DNA from: Paragordius varius
Lineage: Eukaryota; Animalia; Nematomorpha
Assembly (NCBI GenBank): GCA_964247055.1
Contig: OZ176050.1
Location: 10,726,001-10,790,000, forward strand
Direction of reading: 5' to 3'
Length of the DNA stretch: 64,000 nt
Part shown: positions 53,801 to 64,000 of the stretch, piece after piece
Numbering within the stretch: position 1 is the first letter of the stretch
Layout of the letters: each line of letters opens with the position of its first letter
Notes under the pieces: generated by a model
What the model was told of the DNA's origin: nothing
Databases searched by the model: none
The model's input: only the letters and a program-made list of their open reading frames with translations
Made by a program: the position numbers and the translations under genes

Positions 53801-54631
53801 AATAAAATATTGTAATTAATCCAAATACTTACAGGCTAAATGAAATAAAACGATGCCTGGTACATAACGGCCCAACATCGCAGAAGCTACGCATGACGGA
53901 ACCACGACAAATGTAAACTAAATTGATGATAAAAAAGATTAAGGTCAAATTTAAATATATTACAGATATTGATATGTCTCAAATAACAACAACTTTTTAT
54001 AAGATACTAAAAAATATTACTATACTTTGCTGTAAGATTTACGGCGTAGTAGCAAAACAAATTTTGCTACGTTACCACAAGTTGATATAACTTTCCAAGC
54101 TCTATCATCTGGTTCGTTATAAAGTTCCACGTTATCAATTATAATCCAACTAATTTAGATTGAATAAATTATAAAATTCATATAATATTTCATAATAAAT
54201 TTTAATATTCTCAAAAAATTACCCATCGGCATCTTCGTAACCACTGTAAGAAATTTTACCTAAAATATTAAAAGTCATATTTACCCCGAATGTTTTGTGA
54301 TACCTTTCGTTTCCAAAACATATATGTGTAAATTATGGTTAGATAAAATGTTAGGAAGTTCAATACAGTCAATCTTTTTTCATAATATATGCTAAAAACA
54401 TATCATAAAATCATACCAAAATAAGATATTCAGCGACAAGAACAAGTAAATCTTTCGAAAGATTGTTTCCGTTAACAGAAATTGTATATATTTCTGTTTT
54501 GAATAGCTTCGTATTTGTTTAAGATGTAGCAGAAAATCGTCAAAAATATGATAGAAATAAGCGGTAAGTAGTGATTTTTTATGCGAAAGTGTAAAACGTA
54601 AATATTTTATTTTTCGAAAGCATAAATTCAT
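50878..54631 (-). CDS. RETREG: Reticulophagy regulator (FAM134/RETREG family), 12 exons, ~560 aa
   Basis: VLLLRRKSYSKFTFVVVPSCVASAMLGRYVPGIVLFHLASMSLITWP aligns with remembered FAM134C (LLLFKKQNPGKFCLL..LAVLGRYVPGLLLSYLMLVTVMMWP). Exons 54417-54631, 54285-54391, 54223-54259, 54026-54149, 53833-53917, 53362-53520, 53091-53279, 52605-52781, 52204-52320, 51571-51690, 51350-51472, 50878-51107 are all phase-consistent. Confidence 0.85.
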
Positions 54632-54780
54632 GAAATTTTGGCATCCGAAAATACCCTATTCATCACAATAAGAAATGTCATATGTTTTTCGACTGATACC
54701 GAATATATTTATATTTAGCATATGAAACTTTATAATTCACATTTTTGTCGGAAAACGCCACCTTTAATTTAATAACGGCA

Positions 54781-55278
54781 TAATATGGAGATTATTTTTA
54801 TTAGCCTACCTTTGCAATCATAAGTCATAGTTTCTATCAATTAATAGGTGGCTTTATGAAACAAAAATTCAAGACACTGTTTACCACGTGTCATGAGACG
54901 CGTTTTATCATTGTTGTGGACTCATCAGTCACACATAATGGACATTGGCAAACACAGTCAGTTAGGAGTATGCATATATACCGAATATTTTGTTTAGGAC
55001 AAATTATAGTTGGTGAAAGAGAAAACAGACAACATAAGGACCGGTGGGCAACCGATAGTACTTAGATCAAGCCAATTATCATATGTCCTTACTCCTAGCT
55101 GACAGTGTTTGCCCGTGTCCATTATGTGTGACTGATAAGTGGACAACAAGTACAAAACGCATCTCACACTATGACACGTGGTAAACACTGTCATCTTAAA
55201 ATTTTCGTTTTCTAAAGCTACCTAAACACTATGACTTCTAATTGCAAACGTAGGCTAATAATAATAATCTCTATATTA
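54781..55278. mobile_element. Foldback-type element / long hairpin (~195-bp arms, ~80% identity, ~100-bp loop)
   Basis: Arms are reverse complements (e.g. TTTACCACGTGTCAT / ATGACACGTGGTAAA; TCAGTCACACATAATGGACA / TGTCCATTATGTGTGACTGA); TA at both ends. Confidence 0.75.
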
Positions 55279-55871
55279 AGACCTAATTAAATATGAAACT
55301 TTAATAAAAAAAATGCGGTGATCGCTATCAAAAAAAATTTCAATGGTTATAGTACTTGTTAATTTATTATTTATTAGTATATTATTATAAACGAATTAAA
55401 AATAAAATTTTACAAATTTACTGTCAAATATTAGATGTAAATTAAAAAGTTTTAATTCATTGTATTCTCATATAAGTTAAAAGGCTGAGGACTTTTAATC
55501 CGTATCATAATGTTTTATTTCGTCTCAAAACATGAACTGTAATAAGCTAAATAGTTAGTTTTCACTTTAAGGTATTATACCCCTGATCACATATTGTCTC
55601 ACTAGTAAAAAATTTTCTTATAAGTCAAGCCACACCTTTTTTAACCAGATGTTCTATAAGTATTAATTTGTTGTAAAATATTTTTAAACACTGCCATATT
55701 TCCCTTTCATATTCTCTATAGTTTATTATAATTAAGTGTATTAACCGCCCTTATATTAATATCCCTAATTATTAAAAATGTTTTTGCATAAATTTAAATC
55801 TGTCGTCATGTGGCATTTTGCGTATTTTTGGCTCCAATTGACCCACAAAAATTAAGGAGTGAATTAATACC

Positions 55872-56520
55872 TAGGGTTGTGCATTTAACTGCTTTTTCAA
55901 AAAAGTCCGGTCAGACCCAATCAGACCATGGTCATGACCTCCTGCGATATTGGATTGAAATAATGTATGGATGACACTTGCGTTTCATTAATAATTTCAT
56001 CCTTTTTCTTAAAAACTTGTATTATACTTTTTTTGATATTTATTATTTACAAATATTTTAAATCTAATTTAATCAAGAATTTAGTTTTCAAAATTTTGCC
56101 GCATGTATAGCCTTCTGAATCTTCAAATACATAGCTTTTAATACTGGATATATCAAATAAAATTTTACCTAGTTTGTTTTACAACTTATTTCAACATTAA
56201 AATATCCAACTATAAAATGTTTTTTCATTTTATTGGTTCAAATATATGGAATAATTGGATATTTTGCAAAGTTGTTTTTCGAAATAACTGGATATGCTTA
56301 AAAGCTAATGTTATAAGGATGCATGTTTAACAATTTTATATTGTCAAATAAGCATATTTAAATATTTAATTTTATATATTTTAAAAAATAAATCTTACTA
56401 TCTTTCTTCCAAATAAATTTTATCAGCAAATTTTCAAAAAACAGCTGTTTTTTAAATGACCAATGTTAAAAATAAATGGTCACTGACCTGGTCATGACTC
56501 GGTCAATCAGCACAACCCTA
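55872..56520. mobile_element. hAT-type non-autonomous element with TAGGGTTGTGC termini
   Basis: TAGGGTTGTGC / GCACAACCCTA; subterminal GGTCATGAC repeats; flanks (A)TTAATACC / ATTACACC resemble a degraded TSD. Confidence 0.55.
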
Positions 56521-57100
56521 ATTACACCCTAGCCAATCTTTAAATACCTGCTAAATTCTTGGTGAAAATTTATTAAATTTTTATTAAAAGCGATTACAGT
56601 CACAGTCATAAATTCATTCGTTACCAGCAAATAAATGAAATAACATATTTTGAAAAAAAATTAGCAACGAAATATACTGCATACAAAAGGAGTTAAATCG
56701 AGAGACTATAGTAATTAATAAAAACGTGTTTATTTCATTATATCATTGTTAAAAAAGGACTGTAATTTAAAATTTATACAAAATCTGAAATATATTTTGT
56801 TATTAGAATTTTCCCTATGCACATCTATGAAATATCAAAATGTGCTATATATGCGTTATGTATGGAACTTTTACTAGAACAAGATTTATTAATTCTTCAC
56901 ACATTTAATAATTTTTTTCATAGAAAATGGAGCACAATTGGTCTTGTTGATATGTGGGGGGCTTTCGCAAGTTATTTGAGCGATAGTTTTATTTTCGTAC
57001 ATTATGTTAATCGATGTAAAATCCACATACACCCCATTTGAATTAATTGTTATGTTTGCATTCTACGAAAATTTATTATTTGTTCATTTATAGATTAGTG

Positions 57101-57379
57101 CAGGGGTGTCCAACATGCGGCCACCCAATTGTGCAGCCCGCATGTGAGTTACAATATTTTATGGATTCTAAATAGGTTTTCTCAAACGAATTTCCCAAAT
57201 TAACCTTTTCCGAAGTTTGGCAAAGAACTCTCAAAAATTATTAAAACAGAGAGTAAATTTAGAGCGCTATCAAAATCTAGTAAAATATTTTTTATTGCCT
57301 ATTTATTTTGTGAATGCGGCCCGTTAAATTTTAGATCCAAAAATGCGGTCCGCCACGCCATTTGTATTGGATACCCCTG
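57101..57379. mobile_element. hAT-type MITE
   Basis: TIRs CAGGGGTGTCCAA / TTGGATACCCCTG; GCGGCC subterminal motifs; TAGTG repeated on both flanks. Confidence 0.7.
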
Positions 57380-57549
57380 TAGTGTACAAATATTAAGAAT
57401 TTTCGAAAAACCTGTGACTATGGTCGAAAGTACCTTTGGACTATATATACATAAAAAAATATTCGTTCCTTGTTTATAAATATATTTAGTTATTTTTTCA
57501 TATTATGAGAAAATAAAAAGCTTATCCTGCTGCACGCTAGTATAAGAAC

Positions 57550-59620
57550 TTCTGGGGGGGGGGGGGGGGGCTATTTGAAAAAAGGGAAAATAAAATGATC
57601 CGCATATGAGAATTATTTCGAATTATTTAATAGATATGATCTCATAAAATTTCAAAACGGTGTATTCATACTAATATATTGTTTACTTGAGCGAAAAATA
57701 GAATCAAAAAATTATTTTTGTGGACTTGGTTATTTTGAAAAAAATGGCATTTTACGGAAAGAGCGGGTAAAAAGGGCCCAAATTACAAAAGCGAGCCGAC
57801 TATGTTCGGCGCAATCAAAAATAACTAAACAAAAATCATATTTGAAATTGAATTGTTCTCAAAGACACCCGTTTTTTACACGGGATGGACCACTGGGGGC
57901 CTAATTCAAAAAAAGGGCGAAGCTATTGTCGGGTCATTCATTATTGATTATATTTTTTCGATATTTGGATTTGAATGGGTCACCGGTTTACGGAAACAGA
58001 TCACAAAGCCACATGACAGATCAGTTTTTAGCGGGTAGCTCCCTACCCAGCAGCTATCATCAAAGAAACGCCTGACTAAAATTTTTGCCTTTTAACAGGG
58101 AATACCTGGAATTCTTATGAAAGTTTTACAGTCTCATACCTAGGGCGAAAAATAGATTTAAAAAATTATTTTTGTGGACCTTGTTATTTGAAAAAGGTGG
58201 CATTTTACGGGGGGAGCGGGTAAAAAGAGGGCCTAAATTAAAAAACGACACGACTATGTTCGGCGCAATCAAAAATAAGTAAACAAAAATCATATTTGAA
58301 AATGAATGGTCCAACACGTTCTCCAGAAAATTGTCTCAAAGAAACGATTTTTGTGGACTTCTGTTTTCAAAAAAACGCGTTTTTTTACACGGGGTAGGCC
58401 CGAATTGGGGCCTATTTCAAATAAGGGCGAAGCTATTGTCGGGGCATTCATTAATGATTATATTTTTTCGATGTTTGGGTTTGAATGGGTCTACCGGTTT
58501 TCCAGAAACAGATCACAAAGCCAGCATTTGCCATTTTTATAAATATATAGATATAGATTACTATAAATATAAATATACATATGATAGATAAATAAATAAT
58601 AAAACAATAAACTAATACGATTTTATGTTTACAATCAATAAAGTCTGATTGATCATTTAATTGTCTCGTTTTATTGAAATAGACAATTTTATTTGAAATG
58701 AACACAATATATTTTTGTTTATAAGCAATTATGCGGCACAAAGTTTTTGATTCACATAGTCTCATAAGTTTTCTGAAATTTGGCTCCAAAGGCATGCTGT
58801 ATCGATATGAGGGCGCAGTTGTAGGCGGGTAGCCCCCTGCCCAGAGGCCAATATAAAAATGTAGTTGGATCAAAAATTTTGCCTTTTTACCTGGAATCGT
58901 CGTTCATTCCTAATAGTTTATGGAAGAATGGCTTCAAAACCAAATAATAGTTTAATGATAGTGCCATTTTTAGGGCGTAAAGGGCCTATTTAACGGCTAA
59001 TTTAAAAAATCCGCTCGACTAAAATTTTTGCCTTTTTACCGGTAATATCTTAATCAGCTATTGAACTCATATGGCTTGGTTTTCTGAAATTTAGCCCCAA
59101 AAGCACGCTATTTTGATATGACGGGTAACTTTTTCGCGGGTAGCTCCTTACTTAGCAGGTATCATCAAAGAAACGCTTGACTAAAATTTTTGCCTTTTAA
59201 CAGGGAATACGTGTAATCCTTATTGAATTTTTACGGTCTTATACCTTGGGCGAAAAATACATTCAAAAAATTATTTTGGTGGACTTAATTTTTTGAAAAA
59301 AATGGCATTTTACGGGGGGAGCGGGTAAAAAGAGGGCCTAAATTAAAAAAGCGAGACGACTATGTTCGGCGCAATCGAATATATGTAAACAAAAATATAT
59401 TTGAAATTGAATGGTCCAACACGTTCTCCAGAAAATTGTCTCAAAGACACCCGTTTTTTACACGGGGTGGACCCGAACTGGGGCCTAATTCAAAAAAAGG
59501 GCGAAGCTATTGCCGGGGCATTCATTAATGATTATATTTTTTCGATATTTGGGTTTGAATGGGTCTACCGGTTTTCCAGAAAGAGATCACAAAGCCAGCA
59601 TTTTCCATTTTTATAAATAT
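57550..59620. repeat. Complex tandem repeat (three ~430-520-bp units plus ~150-bp sub-units), headed by G17
   Basis: CGACTATGTTCGGCGCAATC at ~57798, 58250 and 59357; AAGGGCGAAGCTATTG three times; GCGGGTAGC(T/C)CC at ~58031, 58825 and 59136; AAAATTTTTGCCTTTT four times; poly-G at 57554-57570. Confidence 0.85.
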
Positions 59621-60289
59621 ATAGATTAAGCATATTATTAGTATATGAAAGTATTTTAAGTTTTAGTTTAAAGCAATTAAAAACACAGTTTTGTGTAAAA
59701 ATGCAAGTTATGTTCCATTTAACTACTATATTAACAAACAAGTCTGCTCTTCTTTAAATTTTACACACATAAAACTTTAATAAACAATATTTTATAATTG
59801 ATTACAAATATCCCATATTGACATTTTAAACGCTTTACCACCATTATTTATTGTTCTAAAAATATAGCAGGCTGCTCAAAAACAGTTTTTTAGGTTTAAA
59901 CTTCTTAAATGCATCGTAACCCGGTACTTTGGTTCCGAAAACTGCTGTGTGTTCTTTTTCAAAAATTACTGAAATTGAGGAACTAAATTTTTGACCCTAA
60001 ATCTGGCACATGCATATTTAATTCAAATAAATATATCTTTTACAGGAGTTCAATCCTTTATATAAAAACGCAGTTTATATAAAAAAAACAGTATGTAATG
60101 AATAGGACATCGTTTCATGCATGTTCTATTTAACCTTTAACCGATGGAACAATTTGAGTGAGGGTAACTAATATAATTAAGGAGAGATTGCAAAAGATTT
60201 CTTACCGATTACTTAATTCCTAACATGATTATGTCCACAAGATATTTTCATTCGTTTTATATACAAATTTACATATTTTTATGGGGAAA

Positions 60290-60460
60290 ACATATAATCA
60301 AAAATGAGGTATTTTTAGTAAATTAACTTCAATCAGTGAGAGTGCTACAGATTTTCCGCTTTTTACATCAAACAAGATAAGATGGCATTTTCCATTTTTT
60401 CGGAATTGCAGTTTACACTAATATATTGGAAGTATTTTTGTAGTATTTAAATTAATTAAA

Positions 60461-60508
<48 letters not shown>

Positions 60509-61230
60509 AACCATAACCCTAAATTTGGGAGGGGTTGCACATCATGTAAAAATTTATAAAAATTAATATATTTTCATTTAATTAGAATTAGTTTATTCCA
60601 TTTATGAATTCATATATTAAATTATCTTGAATACTGAGTGATGTACCGCTAAACAATTAAATTATATTCTTAAGTTAAACCTATAAAGTAAATAAAAATC
60701 ATTCAAAAGAATAAAGATTGTGTAAAAATGGATTACCTCAAATTCATTTTTGATTTTGTAGGGTACCATTTGCAATAAAATATGTTTAATCTCCATATAT
60801 TTTGGTATCATTTGATAAGTTCCAAAATCAAATAAATTATTTGGAACATCGTAGGATAACCTTATAGTAAACTTGGTGTGATTTCGTTTACTGCATTCCT
60901 TAATCTCAAAATACGGTCTATATAATTAATATTAGTTGATACTGTATCTTTTGGATCATTATGCTGATATTTGATAAATTCATCCATTTGCCATTGTTAA
61001 TACATCGATCGAAAGTTGTTGGATGTTTTTTATAGATTTCTAACAAATACAAAAATGACAAATTAAACATTTCGCCCTAAATTAAAGTATAATGAATGCA
61101 CATTCCTTCCTTCAAATTCAGGCATTTGTTTTCGAGATATCTTAAACTCCGTACTTATTTTTTACCGTTGTACCCTAGATAAACCCTTTGTAACGCAGTG
61201 TTAAATCTGAATTTATTGTACTAGATTATT
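60290..61230 (-). CDS. Unidentified multi-exon protein-coding gene fragment (may extend to ~62050)
   Basis: Removing 25-nt introns 61077-61101 and 60918-60942 gives a continuous frame ISRKQMPEFEGRNGEMFNLSFLYLLEIYKKHPTTFDRCINNGKWMNLSNISIMIQKIQPYFEIKECSKRNHTKFTIRLSYDVPNNLFDFGTYQMIPKYMEIKHILLQMVPYKIKNEFE, ending at the GTAATC donor at 60736. A further open segment lies at ~60290-60415. Confidence 0.45.
60463..60504. repeat. (TA)n microsatellite
   Basis: Direct dinucleotide run. Confidence 0.95.
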
Positions 61231-63199
61231 ACTATATAATATGCATTTTATTTTTAGGCGCATTATTATTACAGATATTTTTTTAAAATTTATAAAAAAC
61301 CTTCATTGTGAGTTTTAGCCGCCAAATATTTTTCGGAATTTTTGTTAATATAATCAAATGCATTTTATTGAAAATTGCATAAAATTATTTTTAATTGATT
61401 TCAATCAGATGTTTGTTTAATGGATTTGGGGCAATCTTATATCTAATTTAAAAATTTTCTATAATAGTTCGCTAACATGTTCCACCCCGGAAAATACCCT
61501 AAAATGTATCCTTACATTAAAAATTTTGTAACTTTTTAAGTGAGATAAATTATAAAAATATAATTAAATAAATAAAATTATTACACATAATTTGGGGAAT
61601 ACCCAGAAATCTAAACAACGATATTTCCTAAATTACGTTGAAATCTGAACTTCGCTGCAAATTTAAATTATAAAACGTTAAAAAATGGTGATAAAACAAT
61701 ATCATAAAGTATATTAAGTTAACTATAATTTCTTAATTATAATAGAAAAACCAAAATGCAATAAACAGCCATATATGGGTATTCGTTTTTTTCATTATTT
61801 TTTAAAAATAACGAATCAATAATTTGACTGTTTCCCGCAATACAAGTAATTTAAATATCAGCTGTGTTTAATTTAAATTTCAGAAGCTTATTCAGTGAAA
61901 AAAGAACCTCATGATATATAAATTATTTAATATTCAGAGATGACAACTTTAAGGAATTTCAGCGCTAAAATATACCTCAAAATTTATTTTAAATAAATAC
62001 CGTTTCCGTATCCGCTTCCTCCTTGTATAACTGAATATTTGAATTTTTTACATTGACTCATATGTTCTATAGGTAAGTTAAAATGATTATTTACCAAATT
62101 TTATAAGCATGAATAAATATACAAGGTATATTGAAAAATACATAAAAAATATTGAAGGGAAATAAATGATTAGTTTTTATTGATTTTACTATCAATAAAT
62201 CAATTTGTATTATAACACTCGTTATCCACTACAAAACAATCAAAGTTCAAAAACTGGTCAAAAAAACAATTAAAATTAAAAGTTTAATCTTTAGCGGAAA
62301 TTTTATTAATAGAAACATAAAGTTAAAAATAAGAGGTCAAGTGGAAGATATTCGGAGAGTACTTATTTTTTGAGTAAATTGTTGTACCCATCATAGTGTA
62401 CACGTAAAATAAATACAGATATCAATTAATTGTATTAACGCAAAACGTTTTTATAGCAATAAACTTGGAATGTAAGGGTGCATACAAAAAAATTGTTATT
62501 TCAATACAAAATCATACATGTCTAGTACAAAATTTTGGTTTACTGCTTCAGCTATTAAAAAATGGTATTTTAAATACAGTAACAAGACTCATTAAAGGCC
62601 ATATCTGTATTGTTAATGACTAAAAGGGTTGTATTTAATTTACATATCTGTTGCCTTGTATAATTCATTTTTATCAGTTACATTTTTAAAAATTATGAAG
62701 AAAAATACCGTGTTTAATTTAAAATATGTAAATAGTACAATGAAAAATCTCATACATAGCCACAGACATGAAAATTAAATGCACATTTTGCCATTTAAAA
62801 TACAGATGATGCTTTTAATAATCCTCGTTAGGGTGTTAGGTCAAATTAAAATTAAGGAAAGAGAGCTAGCTAAATTTTGTTTGTTACTATATATTATACA
62901 ATATATATTCGGTTCCAATTTTCGGAAGGCCCTTTAAGATTAACTAAATCGCACTTACACGTATCAAAACTAAAAAATGCGATTGTGCGAGATATGTTAA
63001 AAAATAATTTCATAATAAAAAGAAAACTATTTTAATGTATTGGCATCATAGGTTAAGTTTTGTCCACTTTTTACAAAACACTTAACATCTCATTATGGGA
63101 TAGTATAAAGTATATTCATGATACTACATATGTACAAATGTTTTATAAGTTTGTACCTGTTTTTTAATTAATTGAAAGAAAATTAATTATATATTAAAT

Positions 63200-64000
63200 C
63201 AAAATCTTATGCCCCGGTTTCCACACATTTCGCCCATCTTTTAGATACGTCACAGAAAAACTGATATCTTTTGCGAAAAACCAGTCGTCAAGTCCAACGT
63301 CTTCTAAATATTTAAAGTCCTGCTCTGCTAGGGTGTGTCCCAAGGATGCGGAGTTGCATTATCAGATGACGCCCAGTCAAGCGTTTCCAGAATTTCCCAT
63401 TGAAGCGAACTCAAGGTACCTTTCACTGGTTCTGTGTGAGACGGAGCATGTCATAAAGCAACATTTTTGCCATGTTTTCTGGCTCATTTCGATTGTATTT
63501 TATAAATGCATCGTTTTAATTAGGTATTTGTTAGCGATAGTGTTGTGTATTAACAATTTCGCAAGACTTAATAAATTTATAATACACAATATCGCTCCCA
63601 CAAGACACAGAGCATGGTTCTCTTGCCCAAACGATTTGGCCTTATTGTGGATGGAAGGGCTGGGCAAAATAAAAGCCACGATTACTTTACTTTGCATTTC
63701 CAAAACAAAGCCATTACCCCTCACTCGTCCAAAGATACGAAAATGATTTCTTTTTTGTGACGTTGAAGCAGGATTTCACAAGTCACTTAACGATTTTCGA
63801 TTTGACGTCATTCAAATTGTGTGATACCCATTTACTGAGTTAATTAATCTTTTCCATTACTCGTAGACATCTATTGATTGTTTTTTTGATATATGTAAAT
63901 GCCAATTGTTGCTAAGTTTGAGTTGATCATCCTTCAATAATTCTTGCATTTTAACGTCTTCGCTGTTGTGTGGTCTACCAGAGCGCCCACATTATTCTCA
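63200..64000 (-). mobile_element. Decayed mariner (Mos1/mauritiana-like, DD34D) transposase, truncated by the window edge
   Basis: Minus-strand fragments RSGRP, KWVSHNL (WVPHEL), STIRPNRLGKRTMLCVLWE (Mos1 STARPNRFGKKTMLCVWWD), SASLGHTLAEQDF..LDDWFFAKD and RWAKCVE; many stops and frameshifts. Confidence 0.9.

Noticed and set aside
57853-59616. ORFs within the complex repeat, and a faint resemblance of CGAAGCTATTGTCGGG to 5S rRNA
   Set aside because: The ORFs are not conserved in frame between units, and no 5S box A/C or secondary structure could be built.
60300-60345. SVALSLIEVNLL resembling the alpha-2-macroglobulin/CD109 SGMALMEVNLL motif
   Set aside because: It is a single short motif; the spacing and flanking exons do not match the A2M receptor-binding domain.
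63333-63746. 137-aa plus-strand ORF and 74-aa minus-strand ORF
   Set aside because: They are the antisense and off-frame readings of the decayed mariner transposase.

Overview
AT-rich (roughly 25% GC by eye), intron-containing eukaryotic DNA, most consistent with a fast-evolving metazoan. The taxon is inference only; a reduced parasite lineage such as a myxozoan would fit. Bases 1-20.6 kb are almost all transposon debris: hAT, piggyBac-like and TA-flanked MITEs, a Penelope-like fragment and a decayed hAT transposase. Supported host genes are: a divergent condensin II subunit D3 (NCAPD3, +, ~20.8-32.7 kb); a secreted chitin deacetylase with CBM14 and three LDLa modules (-, 40.5-50.3 kb); a 12-exon FAM134/RETREG ER-phagy receptor homologue (-, 50.9-54.6 kb); and an unidentified multi-exon gene (-, ~60.3-61.2 kb). 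A decayed Mos1-like mariner lies at the right edge. The main observation is a ~7.4 kb tandem duplication (32019-39418 / 39420-49257) that copies the 3' ends of the two convergent genes. It leaves a 'headless' but fully intact 10-exon chitin deacetylase cassette (about 40 synonymous differences vs 8 amino-acid changes, manual count) and an intact orphan pair of NCAPD3 terminal exons. Both orphan cassettes are splice-phase-compatible with the single 5' half of their gene. This suggests interleaved, mutually antisense alternative 3' cassettes; the main alternative is a haplotype mis-join in the assembly. A class of exactly 25-nt GT-AG introns is also visible.
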